From the IMG/VR virus record IMGVR_UViG_3300046171_000216, positions 152-64,151 of that record: a stretch of 64,000 bases of DNA; one strand, given 5' to 3'. The notes under the pieces are model-generated. The model made no database searches and was not told the DNA's origin. It saw only the letters and a list, made by a program, of their open reading frames with translations. The position numbers and the translations under genes were made by a program. Positions 49,884-61,749 of this stretch are shown here, piece after piece; position 1 is the first letter of the stretch, and the number at the start of each line of letters is the position of its first letter. This stretch comes from a virus (lineage: Duplodnaviria > Caudoviricetes).

Positions 49884-50322
49884 TTATCTTTGAGTGAAAT
49901 CAATCCCCTCTAAGATGGTCAAACTCGTGTTGAAATACTCTTGCTGCAAAACCATCTAGTTTTATTTTATGTTCTTTTTTATCCTCATCCTCATATTTTA
50001 CAACGATTCGATTTGGTCGACTGACATTTATAATCTCATCAGGAAATGATAAACATCCTTCTTCAAACCAACCACAATCTTTATATCTTTTGATAATACG
50101 AGGATTGAAACAAGTAATTATTTCCTCTGTTTCCATATGTAATATCATTACAAATACTCTTTCACTAATACCAATTTGATTTGCAGACAAACCAACCCCC
50201 TCGTAATGAACCATATTCTCTTTCAGAATACGAGACATTTCACGACGGTCTAAATCCTCACTACACGGTTTCATTTTTTCGTGTAGTATTGGATGTGTGT
50301 TAGGTGTCAGTTGTAGGATCAT
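49884..50322 (-). CDS. def: Peptide deformylase (frameshift at the extreme C-terminus)
   Basis: GVGLSANQ, EGCLS and QHEFDHL; GIDFTQR* in the adjacent frame. Confidence 0.92.
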
Positions 50323-50491
50323 CTTCTCTAGGATTATTTAGAAACCAAGAAGGAGACTCCATTGAGAAATCTATATAAACCGTTTTTGCATAGTGAATTC
50401 CACGGTAACACAGAAAAGCAAAGACCTCATCTATATCGTGCTTCTCTTCGTCCCATTCTGGTTCTTGTCCTCTACCTAATAAGTGTAACAT
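50300..50491 (-). CDS. Hypothetical protein
   Basis: 63-aa ORF, LCYRGIHY. Confidence 0.55.
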   Translation of the reverse strand: MLHLLGRGQEPEWDEEKHDIDEVFAFLCYRGIHYAKTVYIDFSMESPSWFLNNPREDDPTTDT

Positions 50492-50537
50492 TTGTCTTAG
50501 CCTCCTGTAACATTATTTATTGTTTTGAAACGCAGAC

Positions 50538-50565
50538 AAAAAAAGAGACCCCCGAAGGAGTCTCT
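50538..50565 (-). terminator. Intrinsic terminator after gp23
   Basis: AGAGACUCC-UUCG-GGGGUCUCU followed by a U-run. Confidence 0.9.
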
Positions 50566-50589
50566 GATATCTCGAACGAGATATTTATA

Positions 50590-51984
50590 TTACATAAGGT
50601 TGGAAACCTTAACTCTTCTGTAGTAACGGTTTGTGTTACGTGTAAGTGTTCCAAGTCCTTGAGTTGTTCCTTGTGAGAATGGGTTCTCAACCATACCATA
50701 TCTGGTCTTGAATCCAATTTTTGGTTGGAATGTATCCTGACCAACCGCACGAACCATCTGTAATGGTACATATGGGCAGTAGAATAATCCAGCGTCATAA
50801 GGAGATGAACCTTTGTAACCGATAACATAGTACTGAGTAGCAGCAACGTTAGCAGCAAATGGGTCAATGTACACTCTGTACTTACCTTGTAATACACCAG
50901 CAAATGTATTGCCTGTGTCATCTACATTAAGGTTAGCGTTAAGAGCAGGAGTGTAATCTAGTACACCAGCCATTGTTAATGCAGAAGCAACGTCAGCAGA
51001 ACAAAGGATCATGTTACCCTTTCCTCTACGAGTCTCTTGTGCGATTGCGTTGGCATCTCTTTCCATCTGGAATATGAGACCTTTGAACTTCTCAACTGAC
51101 CATCTTCCGTTGGAGTCTGTGTCTAAGTCGAATGTTCCACCAGAAGCAACGTTTGCTTGAGCACCAGGCTTCGCTACGTTGTAAATTGTTCTGATAACTT
51201 CTCTGTTGATTTCAGCAAGTATCTCTGTTGAAAGGATATTTGCTAACTCAGCCTCTGCGTTCAATCCGTGGATTGCCTTAAGGTCTTGAGCAAGTTCTAA
51301 ACTGTACTCTGCCTTTAGTGCTCTGGACTTCGCTGTAACGGTCACTTTCTCGATTGAGAATGCCATTTCGTTGAAGTTATCTCCAGTTGTACCTAGATCT
51401 TCAGAGTCTCCAGTTGTCATACCCTGACCAACGTTGTAGTCAGTAGCATTTGCTTGAGAAGCAGTACCAGAAAGTAATCCTGGATTTGTACCACTTTGAG
51501 CAGTTGTACCTAAACCAACGTTAGATGCACCAGTAGCAGTGAAACCTGCTGTGTTGTCAAATCCTTCATTCTGACCAGAGAATGCTGAATCTGCTTCGTT
51601 GAATAGTGCTTCTGAACCAGACTGAGTTTTGAATCTGGATCTCATTGCAAAGATTAGTCCAGTTGGACCATTCATTGGTTGTACACCAGCCAAATCGTAT
51701 GCCACCAAGTTAGGCATTGAACGACGAATTAGACTGATAAGTACTGGGTCGAAACCAGCAACAGGACCTGCAGCAGTTGCACCAGCGGTGAATCCACCTG
51801 TGCCAGCAGCGTTTGTTGGTTGTTCTGCAAGGAATGATGCTTCCTCACGTAATTCTTTTTCTTGGTTTTCTAACAGGATAGCGGTTGTAGCTCTTCTATG
51901 AGCGTCTTTGATTGGATCAACTCCATCATAGTCGAGGATAGGTCCCCACTTTTCCTGCAAATGTTCTGTGTTATACATTTGCAT
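50590..51984 (-). CDS. 23: Major capsid protein (T4 gp23)
   Basis: LLENQE, GVQPMNGPTGLIFAMR, AKSRALKAEYSLELAQDLKAIHGL and FQPKIGFKTRYG. Confidence 0.98.
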   Translation of the reverse strand: MQMYNTEHLQEKWGPILDYDGVDPIKDAHRRATTAILLENQEKELREEASFLAEQPTNAAGTGGFTAGATAAGPVAGFDPVLISLIRRSMPNLVAYDLAGVQPMNGPTGLIFAMRSRFKTQSGSEALFNEADSAFSGQNEGFDNTAGFTATGASNVGLGTTAQSGTNPGLLSGTASQANATDYNVGQGMTTGDSEDLGTTGDNFNEMAFSIEKVTVTAKSRALKAEYSLELAQDLKAIHGLNAEAELANILSTEILAEINREVIRTIYNVAKPGAQANVASGGTFDLDTDSNGRWSVEKFKGLIFQMERDANAIAQETRRGKGNMILCSADVASALTMAGVLDYTPALNANLNVDDTGNTFAGVLQGKYRVYIDPFAANVAATQYYVIGYKGSSPYDAGLFYCPYVPLQMVRAVGQDTFQPKIGFKTRYGMVENPFSQGTTQGLGTLTRNTNRYYRRVKVSNLM

Positions 51985-52030
51985 TTTGATTTTTACCTCT
52001 TACGGTTTATTGTTTGAATAAATGTTAAAT

Positions 52031-53107
52031 TCACTTTTTGGCAGCTCTAGATAGAACGTTCAAATAGGCTTGCATTCTAGGAGTAGTCTCTTCTGAGATT
52101 ACTTCATCTGTTGAAACCTCTTCTGATAAGTTCTCAGAGGTGCTCTTTGGAGCACTAGTTTTTGATGGGAAATAAGATTCCTTCAATGTAACTAGTTTCT
52201 CACGATAGTCTGTCTCACTTTCAAACTCAACATTTTCGGCAAGAGTAGCGAGTTTTTCCTTCTGAGTGTCTGCAAGACCTTCAGCTACAGCAGTGAAAAC
52301 ACCGTCTGCATTGGATTCTGCCAATCTACGATTTAGAGCAACGTTACGATCTATTTGCTCATTGAGTTTTGATTCCATTTCATCAAGTTTGTCTACCATG
52401 CTATTGAGTACATCGTATTTTTCTTCAGGGATTGTTACATAATGTTCTTCAAAAAGTGACTTCATACCTTCTAAGAAGGATTCAGTCATCTCTGTTTTAA
52501 GTCCTGCTTCTACTTGGAGTGCATTTTCCTGCATCCACTCGTCAGCAACATACTCAAGGTATCCATCAACTCTTTCAGTTAATCCTTCCTTGATTTTGTC
52601 TAACTCTTCAACGAGAGCAGTAGCATAAGACTCTTGTAATTCTTCTTTGATTTCTGCAACTTTAGTTTTGATTGCAGTTTCAAAAATTGTCTTTGCTTTG
52701 CTTTGGAACTCTTCGGAAAGTTCTTCACCTTCAAGAAGTGCTGCAACGTCTGCTTCGACATCATAACTTTCTTCTTCGATGACTTCTTCCTCAGAAGTTT
52801 CTTCTTCAGCGACTACTTCATCTGTAGTTGCTTCTTCTTCAGCGACTACTTCATCTGTAGTTGCTTCTTCTTCCTCGATAACTTCCTCTTCTGTCTCTGC
52901 TTCTTCTGCTTTCATAGCTTTAGCATTGACAACATCTTTCACTTGTGCAAGTGTTAATGCGGGATCTTTCAGCTTTGCTGAATCGTCATCAGGTTTATAG
53001 TTTTCTGGTGTAGGTCCACCTAGATCTTCTACTGGAATGCCTGATGATGGCATTGGATCTGCAGGTTTTGCACCTTTGGTGACTACGTTTTCTTCGATGT
53101 TTTCCAT
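52031..53107 (-). CDS. 22: Prohead core scaffold (T4 gp22)
   Basis: LSEEFQSKAKTIFE, VDGYLEYVADEW and LKESYF. Confidence 0.93.
   Translation of the reverse strand: MENIEENVVTKGAKPADPMPSSGIPVEDLGGPTPENYKPDDDSAKLKDPALTLAQVKDVVNAKAMKAEEAETEEEVIEEEEATTDEVVAEEEATTDEVVAEEETSEEEVIEEESYDVEADVAALLEGEELSEEFQSKAKTIFETAIKTKVAEIKEELQESYATALVEELDKIKEGLTERVDGYLEYVADEWMQENALQVEAGLKTEMTESFLEGMKSLFEEHYVTIPEEKYDVLNSMVDKLDEMESKLNEQIDRNVALNRRLAESNADGVFTAVAEGLADTQKEKLATLAENVEFESETDYREKLVTLKESYFPSKTSAPKSTSENLSEEVSTDEVISEETTPRMQAYLNVLSRAAKK
52799..52873 (-). repeat. 33-nt in-frame tandem duplication in gp22
   Basis: Two exact copies of ttcttcttcagcgactacttcatctgtagttgc (ATTDEVVAEEE). Confidence 0.9.
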
Positions 53108-53158
53108 TTAGTGTAAAAAGTTACCGTGGATTTATTGAAATTCGTAAGAATCTATACT

Positions 53159-53166
53159 TATTTATA
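53159..53166 (-). promoter_or_regulatory. T4 late promoter TATAAATA
   Basis: Exact consensus upstream of gp22-gp23. Confidence 0.75.
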
Positions 53167-53178
53167 GCTTTCTTAAAC

Positions 53179-53828
53179 TTAGAGATTATTTAGAAAATCT
53201 TGAAACAGACTAAGTTTCTTTTCTTCTAATCTATTTTGTGTGACAAGTGTATTAATACGCTTCTCAGTTCTTTCTGCGAGTTCTTCACGAAGACTTCCAC
53301 CTTCCCAAACCCACTCTCTTCCTTCCATTATTCCATTCACAAAAGCGTCTGGTGCGGAAGGGTCTGCTACTATATCAGCAGCGGTTGCTAATTGAAATCT
53401 TCTCCAACCATTTTACAACCATTACTACTCTCTCTAAGTGATCCGATACCACGAGAAGATACTCCAAGTTTTACTCCTTCATCTAAAAGAGAAGATGCAA
53501 TTTTACCCATTGGAGTAGATAGTAAAGTCGCTTTTCCTCTAAAATTATTTCCCTCTCTTACGAGCGAGGTAATTTTGTGGGATACACGATCTAAATTAAC
53601 TGTTGGACCTTCAGGATGACCAAGTTCACCAAGTGCTCTGCCTTGAGAGACAAAAGTTTTATTGTATCTTCTGACTTCATTTTCAAGAATATCAACAGGA
53701 TACATTCTACCATTACGATTTTTGATACCACCTTGAAGAAACACACCTTCGATACAGAGACGTTTTGATTTCCCTTTACCTTCAGTGATAAATTTTACTT
53801 GTGAGACTTCTTCTGTGATAAGTTTCAT
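53179..53828 (-). CDS. 21: Prohead protease (T4 gp21), frameshift near 53392
   Basis: KNRNGRMY, ALGELGHP and GVSSRGIGS; DIVADPSAPDAFV in the next frame. Confidence 0.93.
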
Positions 53829-54025
53829 TATTCTGATTCCTCTTCAGTTGGTTGTTCATCAGATACTTCTTCTTCCTCTGGTACTTCATCAAAAACAGTT
53901 GAAGCAACATTAGGTCTAAAAGCATCAATACGAGTTGCTGCTTTTGCCATTAATGCATCCTTTATTTTATCAGATACATCACTAGCACTAGCGTCAGTCG
54001 CAATCAAATCCACTAATTCTTCCAT
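53828..54025 (-). CDS. Small acidic prohead core protein (gp67/68 position)
   Basis: Acidic 65-aa ORF between portal and protease; TATAAATA at 54050-54057. Confidence 0.65.
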   Translation of the reverse strand: MEELVDLIATDASASDVSDKIKDALMAKAATRIDAFRPNVASTVFDEVPEEEEVSDEQPTEEESE

Positions 54026-54052
54026 AAGATTAAATTATAGCAATATGTTTAT

Positions 54053-55738
54053 TTATATCTCTGCTGATTTGGTATCTTTTTGATACTCTGCATCAGTAAT
54101 TTGTCCTTGTGCATCAAGATTTGGATCTTCTGGACTTCTCCATTTCTCCACCACCTTCAGCAGCAGGATCACCACCCTTCTTGTGGTAATGGTTCTCCAG
54201 TTATTGGGTCAACTTCTGCAGGATTTGGAATAATACCTTTTTGTATTTCATCTTCAATCTGCATATCAATCTCTTCTATTTCTTGATCTGTCTGACGTAA
54301 TACTCTCTTTCTTACAAACTCAGTCGAATAATACTTACCAATATAAGGTTCAATCTGTGCAAGATTACCTAAACGACCTTGTATCATTTCAGTTTCTTTT
54401 AATTCTGCAAACTGATTATCATATAAGAAGTCATATTGAATATGATCTTCCATCTTATTCCAGTCTTCTGGAGTTACAATATTCTTTAATATTAATTGAG
54501 TTTTGAGCATATCATTGAACATATGTGCAAAACGCTTTCTTAAACGACCTACAAACTTCGCAAATTTAAGTTCATCTCTTAATATTTCAGATGATCTTCC
54601 TAAATTAAATCCACCTTCTGCAGCGATTCTTGACTCAGGAATACCTAATGCACGATATAATTTCTTCTGAAAGTATTCAATATCAGTTAAGTTCACCTAG
54701 ATTTTGTCCACCAGGTAAAGTTGTAATTTCAGTTCCACGACCACCTTCTCTTCTTGGCAACCAGAAATCTTCCATCATACTCATATACTTACGATCATCA
54801 CGAACTTCTCCAGTTTGTGCATCATAAGTTAACTTATTACGATAGCGACTCATTACCTCTTTAAGGTATTGCTCTGCCTTAACTTTTGGTAGATTACCTA
54901 CATCAATATAAAATATTCTTCTTTCTGGTGCTCTTGATAATCTGTAGATAACAAGACTATCTTCAATCATTCTTAATTGATTAAGTGCCTTGATTGCTTT
55001 ATGAAGATATGAAAGAACACGATTCTTATTTCGATCTACTAAACCAGATGTACACATAGTAATCGAATCTTTTGCAATTTTAGTTGATCCTTTACCTGCC
55101 TGTGCAATCATCCCTGTTGGATAATTAGGTTTCATTGAATAGATGTAGTATTCATCAAATTCAGGACTCATAATACTATCGTCCTTACTATTGATTCTTA
55201 CATATGGATCATCTTTACCATTCTTTCTTTTTTCTTGTTTAACAAACTTCAACTTCATCGGATCAATATATCTTAAATCCTTGAGTCCTTCCTGTGGATT
55301 TTTTGTATCGATTACTTTTAGATAATATAAACGACCATCTATGTACCAATTTCTAAAAATTTCGTGAGACTTCTTATCAAAGTCCATTAATTCTTTAATA
55401 TATCTGAACTCTTCTCTAATTTTTTTCTTTATACCATCACTCGCATTAAGATTTGATAGTTCAACTTCAACAGGAGAATCATATAGATCACTTACAATTG
55501 CTTCATTAACAACATCTTCAATGGCACCATCTGCTTCTGGATGCAGAGCCATCTCTCTATATCTTTTAATTAATTCGTGTTCAGAACGATATGCACCTTC
55601 AATATCTACATATTGACCATAAAATCCACTCGCTATATAATTATCAACCCCGTCCTCATTATTTTTGGGGACAGGGGAGACAATAGACGGAGATTTATTC
55701 TCTGTTTCATCAATAGAAAAACCAAAAAGTTTCGCCAT
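54053..55738 (-). CDS. 20: Portal protein (T4 gp20), frameshifts near 54688 and 54150-54175
   Basis: RAPERRIFYIDVGNLP, EDFWLPRREGGRGTEITTLPGG and EILRDELKF. Confidence 0.95.
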
Positions 55739-55765
55739 AGTATAATATTTTTGTTATATGTTTAT

Positions 55766-56352
55766 TTAGCTGATGTTCACACCGCCTGATACGGGACTAT
55801 CTCCCTTAAGAATTTCAATATACTGAACCTGAAGTTCAACTGTAAATTCTTGAATACCTTGAGCGTCGTATGATAATTCGATAGGACCGACCTGTGTTGG
55901 GAATGTATCATAGAAACGATATTTCTGATACTTTGTCCATCACGATCAAGTTGGAATACAAATGCGTCAGACTGATAAGCAGCAGGATTAACTAATCCAG
56001 TGTTATCACTTAACTTGTTGATTGTATTCATCCAGTTCTCAAATGCAGATCTTATTGCAAAGTCTGTATCGTTGATTACTGTGACTGTCCATGAATCGAA
56101 TGTTCTGTCACCTGCGATTTTAAGTACCCTTCCTCGGAAAGGAACTTCTATCTGTGCAATGTTTGATGCTGGTAATCTCGCTCCTTTAACCAAGAACCTT
56201 GATTTGTCAAGAACATCCTGTGCTGGTGCAGCAGCATCAGGAAATGTGAGGACTACTTCAAACAGATTAGCACGAGCACCGCCACCTGTCAACTTACTCT
56301 TAAAGTCGGAAATCGTCCTTAATGGTGGTGGATTTACCTGATTTCTAGCCAT
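55766..56352 (-). CDS. 19: Tail tube protein (T4 gp19), frameshift near 55922
   Basis: GARANLFEV, VPFRGR and AGDRTFDSWTVTVINDTDF. Confidence 0.93.
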
Positions 56353-56373
56353 AGTTGTTTAAACCTCTGTTAA

Positions 56374-58579
56374 TTAAACGGAACCAATTACTTCTTCAAA
56401 GTCAACACCAGTTCTGGTGGCGACGAAGGTAAGACCAATAAAGTTAATTGATCTTGCTGGTTTGATAAAGATGTCAGCAACAAATTCATTTCGATCAATG
56501 ACTGCTGCAGTATTATTTGTTTGCATCGCAAATCACAACAAAGTCAAATATACCTCTGTTGGATTGAACCTCTCTTAAGAATGGTTCAATAATATTTACG
56601 AAGTTTGTTCTAGTTAGTTCATCGTTGAACTCAAAGAGTTGATCCTTTGCAGCTGCTGATATAGCATCTTCTAAGGAATATGAACAATCTACGAACGTTG
56701 ATTCGGTCAAATGCCGATGATTTACCAAATCCTGTTTTGTCTCCGAAAAGAACAATTCCAGCACCTGGTGAAAGTATAACAGGGTTAACTCTATTAGAAT
56801 ATAGAATGTCTCTCTGTTTCTTGCCTGGATTGTAGACAAGTTTTACTGAGTTAAGGATTGAACCTCTTGCAGTACCCGCTGGTGAGAACCAAGGGAACTG
56901 TTCAATATCAGTTCTTGCACAAGTTCCAGCAATATCACCATTCAATGGTACATATCTAAATGTATTATTGAATCTGTCAAACATATATTTGTATCCACTA
57001 TCGAATACAGCATATGTTGTTGATGTTATTGGAGCATAGTATGCGACAATATTATTTGTCATCGTATCTATGTTGTTGACAGTAACAGTACCAGCTGTAC
57101 CATCATTCAAGAATGCTTGACGATATGGTGAGATAAATGCGACTGCATCCTTTCCTCGCTTCAGCAACTGCAAGTATTTTTCTGCAAGTGCCTGAGACTG
57201 CTCTTTTGGATGATGAGCAGCACCCATCAATATAAAGTCAACCTCAATTTCTTCTTTATTCTCAAATAAACCGTAACCAGTGATTAAATCATCAACACCA
57301 GATGTTAAAGCACCTGAAGTTGTGTAATCTGTCTTATCTCCATAGTTTGTACCACCTGCTAATGAAGAGGTAACTACACCAGATAATCCAAAGTTTACTT
57401 CACCACCATCTTGATCCCATCCACTATCAGCATCTAAGTTACCGATTGCAGTTGCTGTTCCACGTAAATCCAGTTGTTGTGATTCCAGCAGGAGCACTAC
57501 CACCGTAAATGTATTGTGAGTTAGTTGCAAGATACTTTCTCCAGTATGATGTTGAACCTACTGAATATTCAGCATCTTTTGCTTTTGAAAGATTTAGATG
57601 CTTTTCAAGAATTGTTCCAGCATTACCTGTAATTGTTCCTTTGTCATCTATGACAACAACATGAACTTCATCAAATCTACCACCTCTAGCAGCAGCATAA
57701 GTTGAAGTGCCAGGTGCATCTGCTAATTGCATCCCATTCTAACTTAGTGGATTACCATTTGCATCTGTTTGTGTTAAAACAATGTTTTGTTGTTCAAACC
57801 AATCAACTGCTTGCTGTATACAGTTTGTAGCTGTTCATCCAACTGTTTGACCAGCTGCAGTTAGCTCGAACTGTTCCAGTTGCGTAAAGTTATAAACTCC
57901 ACCATTTTGATAATTAACATTTGTTACTGTTCCAGCAGTTGAAACGTGAGCAAGAACTTTAACATCAGCAGTAGTTCCTGTAAATCCAGTAACAACACCC
58001 TTAATGTAACCATCAAGAACACTTGTTCCTGCAGAACCAGCAACGATTCTACCAGCAGCGGTTTGTGTAACTGCTAATCCAACTGTTGATATTCCAGATA
58101 CAGTTAGTATTTGGTCTGCCTTTTGCGTCTATGATTGCAACTCTAAGTCCGTTTGCATATGTACCAGGTGTTTTTGATGCAACTGTAACACCAGTAATTG
58201 TATTGTCATCATAACCTAATTGGTTATAATGTGTATCACTCTTGATTCTTATACTAGAAGCAGTTCCTACAAAAGCATTCTTAAGACCGACTCCAGTTAA
58301 TGTGTTGTAATCGTCAGCACGAATAACTTGAAGTGTTCCACCGTATGCTAGGTAAGAAGATGCGACCATCCAATACTCGTAGTGTTTATCTACAGAATAT
58401 GGTTGTCCAAAAGTTTGTAATAGATCCTCCTCACTCTCAATGAGTTGTGCGTCCTCTACAGGACCTTTCGTAAATGGAGCAACTAACGCACCAATAGAGC
58501 CGCTTGTAGCGTCTACTCTACCGATGGTGAGGTCAACTTCTCTTACTACTATACCAGGAGAGGCTAAATTTAAAGCCAT
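56374..58579 (-). CDS. 18: Tail sheath protein (T4 gp18), multiple frameshifts
   Basis: SPGIVVREVD, PWFSPAG..RG, FDRINVRRLF, FEFND and KPARSINFI across frames. Confidence 0.93.
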
Positions 58580-58660
58580 CTTGTATTCTCCAATCTCAGG
58601 ATATTTTTTATAGAATTATTTATTAAAACCACCTTTTACATCGGGGAAACAGTGCATGAA

Positions 58661-58882
58661 CTACCAATCTGGGTATTCCCAACTCTTTATCTTTACTTTC
58701 TTCTTACTTTTTACTCTTGAAATAGTACAGGTTTTACATTCATATGAATAAGAAGATTGAATACTCTTATTCTTTCTTATCAAATAGAAACCATCTATTA
58801 AATCTTTAGTTTTACCACAAACACGACACTTTCTTTCAGTTAGAACAAAATGATCTAATTCAAGTTGTTCATCAAAATCCAT
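58661..58882 (-). CDS. Small zinc-finger protein
   Basis: CRVC...FY...ECKTC. Confidence 0.7.
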   Translation of the reverse strand: MDFDEQLELDHFVLTERKCRVCGKTKDLIDGFYLIRKNKSIQSSYSYECKTCTISRVKSKKKVKIKSWEYPDW

Positions 58883-59118
58883 TATAGAACTTGAATTACT
58901 CCATTACAATCAGGAATATCTTGCATTATTTTACTTTCAATACCTTGTTTAAGTGTCATCGCACTCATTGCACAACTTGTACAAGCACCACCTAATCGTA
59001 CTTTAACATAGTTTGTTTCTTCTTCTATCTCTACAAACTCTACAAATCCTCCATCTGCTTCAATATAAGGAGCAATTTCTGATAAAGATTTGGTTACATT
59101 ACTTTCATTTAAGTCCAT
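58882..59118 (-). CDS. nifU: NifU/NfuA C-terminal-domain Fe-S carrier
   Basis: IAPYIEADGG..E...VKVRLGGACTSC..S.MTLKQGIE; start MDLNE TAATG-coupled to the gp17 stop. Confidence 0.88.
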   Translation of the reverse strand: MDLNESNVTKSLSEIAPYIEADGGFVEFVEIEEETNYVKVRLGGACTSCAMSAMTLKQGIESKIMQDIPDCNGVIQVL

Positions 59119-60764
59119 TACATATAATCCCACATATAGGATCTGATCACCATATTCATCAGTATGCCATAAATCTCCGTCCTTGTCAATGAAAGTAGAT
59201 TCATCTTGTCCATCAGACATAAAACCAAAAGGTGCCATATCTTGTTCTATTTGATTCTTTCTGTTCTTCATATATTCTCTTTCTTACATCATTATCAGTC
59301 ATTTCTTTGAAATAATCCTGTGCAACTAACCAAGCAAATATCACTAAACACATTGCTAGGTCATCATTACATCCCTCTTCTGCCTCAAATGAGTTGTGTT
59401 TTTGTGAGAAAGTAGTTAATTCTGATATAATATCATAGTCAATAATAAGTATCTTATCATCCTCTAGTAAAGTTTTTAAGTTTGAACAACCTAAGTTTTT
59501 TAACTGCTTGTGTAGTTCTAACTCCTAACTGTGATCTTTTACCACTAAATCCAGCACCAACAACCTGACCTGCACGACCTCTTTGAGAACACATCAATAA
59601 ATTATCATACTCTAAATCATAATTTAAGATAGATGCGACCTGATCACCAATATCATTTACCTCACATAATATGAATGCTTTATTATATGCTTTTCCTATA
59701 TCATCAATAATACTCGGAAACAGCATTGGTTTAATTTCATTATTTCGATATTTTGCAACTGCTTTATATGGGAAGTTAGTTATATCAAAGACAACGAATG
59801 CTGAATAGTCATTTCCAAGACCACGAGCAACGTCAACTGTAATCAAATAATTATGGTCTTTTTGTGGTCCTTCATATACATCTAATCCTGCATTTCTTTG
59901 AATCGGACTCTCATATACAAGATTTTTTAACTTTGATGGATTAATTAAAGTATTAACAGATCCAAGAAACTCACATTCAAACTCAACTTTAAATTGTTGT
60001 TCTGATGTGTTTGCAATTGTTTGTTCTTTCCATTCTTCATCACGACCTGGTACTTCAGACCAATGAACTTCTGTTGGTACATATTCATTTTTACTTCTTT
60101 CAGCATCGTGCCACATACGATAAAAATGATTCATACCTCTTGGGGTAGAAACAATTATAACTTTTGATTTCTGACCAGATGAAATTGTTGGATATACAGA
60201 CGCAAAGAAATCATCTGCAATATGATTCGGTATGAATGCAAATTCGTCCAAGAATATGACGTTATAAGATCCACCCCTAACTGCAGATGATGATGTTGAG
60301 TTTGCTGATATTTTTGACCCGTTCTCTAATTCTAATGAACCTTTATTCCAAGATATAATACCTTGCTGCATCCATCTTGGTAAATTTTCATATGCTAATT
60401 GAAGTCTACCTAATAAATCTCTGGCAGTAGAGGCTTTGTTTGCCAGTATAGCAATATTAATGTTATCATTAAAAACTGCATAATGTAAGAGATAAGATAC
60501 AACTGTAGTGGATTTACCCGTCTGCCGAGGCATCTTACAGATGTTAAAACGGTTTTCATGGAAATTACTTATTAGTTTTTTCTGGAAAGGATACATCCGA
60601 AATGGAACTAATCCTTCATCAATGGATACAATCTTTATATGTTTGTTTGCAAAATATACAGGATCTTCTTTACACCTCATAAACTCAAGAATATTCTCTT
60701 GAGAAAACTCAATAGCGGTATTTGCTTTTTTTAAATTGGGATTACCAAGATAAACTTCACTCAT
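59118..60764 (-). CDS. 17: Terminase large subunit (T4 gp17), frameshifts in the 3' third
   Basis: PRQTGKST, FLDEFAF, VSTPRG and VDVARG; AEEGCNDDLAM in a later frame. Confidence 0.95.
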
Positions 60765-60781
60765 TATGTAAAATTAAATTG

Positions 60782-61054
60782 TTAACTTATTGTGTATCCT
60801 ACAGCTGCACCTAAAACAGCAGCGTTTGCTGCAAAGATTGCTTCAGTTGATTTTTTCTCTACAACTTCTACAGCATTACCTGGTAATGTAAAAGTTCCAA
60901 TTGTTGTAGATCCTCCAACAGAATCAATAACAGATACTAATCTTGCAGTTGTACTATTATTAACAAGACGGACTGCTGTAGCACTACCAAAGGTGGATGC
61001 ACCTGCAGCATCTGTGCCACATGCTGCTTCAGTACCTTTAATTAATGTGATCAT
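60782..61054 (-). CDS. Small Ala/Thr-rich putative structural protein
   Basis: ATAVRLVNN...GTFTLPG...VEK; TAAATA at about 61076. Confidence 0.65.
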   Translation of the reverse strand: MITLIKGTEAACGTDAAGASTFGSATAVRLVNNSTTARLVSVIDSVGGSTTIGTFTLPGNAVEVVEKKSTEAIFAANAAVLGAAVGYTIS

Positions 61055-61077
61055 TATTCTAAACTTTTATTGACTAT

Positions 61078-61749
61078 TTATGCTATATTATTTTTTTTAC
61101 TTAAATTTTGATGCTTTGTTTTCTTTAATTGCATCAATCTATATTTTGCAATTCTTGATGATGGACCAGGAACAACTGGAATTATATCTTGTGCTTTAGC
61201 GATTCTTTCTGTTTCGGTGCCAGGAGTTTTTAATTTTTTCCAACTTTTTCTGATTGAATTCTTTTTAACTACTACATCCATGACTTCACCTTTATCTTTT
61301 TTTGGATTTAATATATTCTTAAATTTTTCATTTTCATACCTAGCACCTCTTTTTGCATAAAGACCTGCTTGTCTTCTTCCCTCTTTAGTAGCAGTTGCAA
61401 AATAAGCATCTTTACCTGGTCTTGCCATATTAGTGGTTCCTTTGTATCCAGTTTTTTTCACCCAAGCTAGAGTTGCTGGATTATTTTTATATTGTTGCAA
61501 AGGATTTGAATTAAGACCTGATACTGTAGGAGTTACACCAGTCTTTTTATAACGTGCAATATTTTTTGCTGATTGTCCATGAAAACCACGAACCATTGTT
61601 CCTCTCTCAACTGCTTTATTTGCAAAGAAAGGATCTATAGATCTTGGTGGTTTTTTAGTTTTTGTGATTAATTTTGAAACAGTTTTAATTATAGGTTTTA
61701 AATTTACTCTTTCATTTAATTCTTGATCAAACTGCTTATATGTTTTCAT
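61078..61749 (-). CDS. Putative ADP-ribosyltransferase-fold protein with capsid-targeting N-terminus
   Basis: MKTYKQFDQELNE; RGFHGQS...GKDAYFAT...AGLYA...GEVMDVVV...E. Confidence 0.5.
   Translation of the reverse strand: MKTYKQFDQELNERVNLKPIIKTVSKLITKTKKPPRSIDPFFANKAVERGTMVRGFHGQSAKNIARYKKTGVTPTVSGLNSNPLQQYKNNPATLAWVKKTGYKGTTNMARPGKDAYFATATKEGRRQAGLYAKRGARYENEKFKNILNPKKDKGEVMDVVVKKNSIRKSWKKLKTPGTETERIAKAQDIIPVVPGPSSRIAKYRLMQLKKTKHQNLSKKNNIA

Noticed and set aside
52799-52873. Functional DNA repeat in gp22
   Set aside because: A simple in-frame duplication in an acidic, variable scaffold linker
58882-59271. 129-aa terminase-tail/NifU fusion in the ORF track
   Set aside because: The first part is the gp17 C-terminus shifted by indels; the natural end YMWDYM* overlaps the NifU ATG as TAATG
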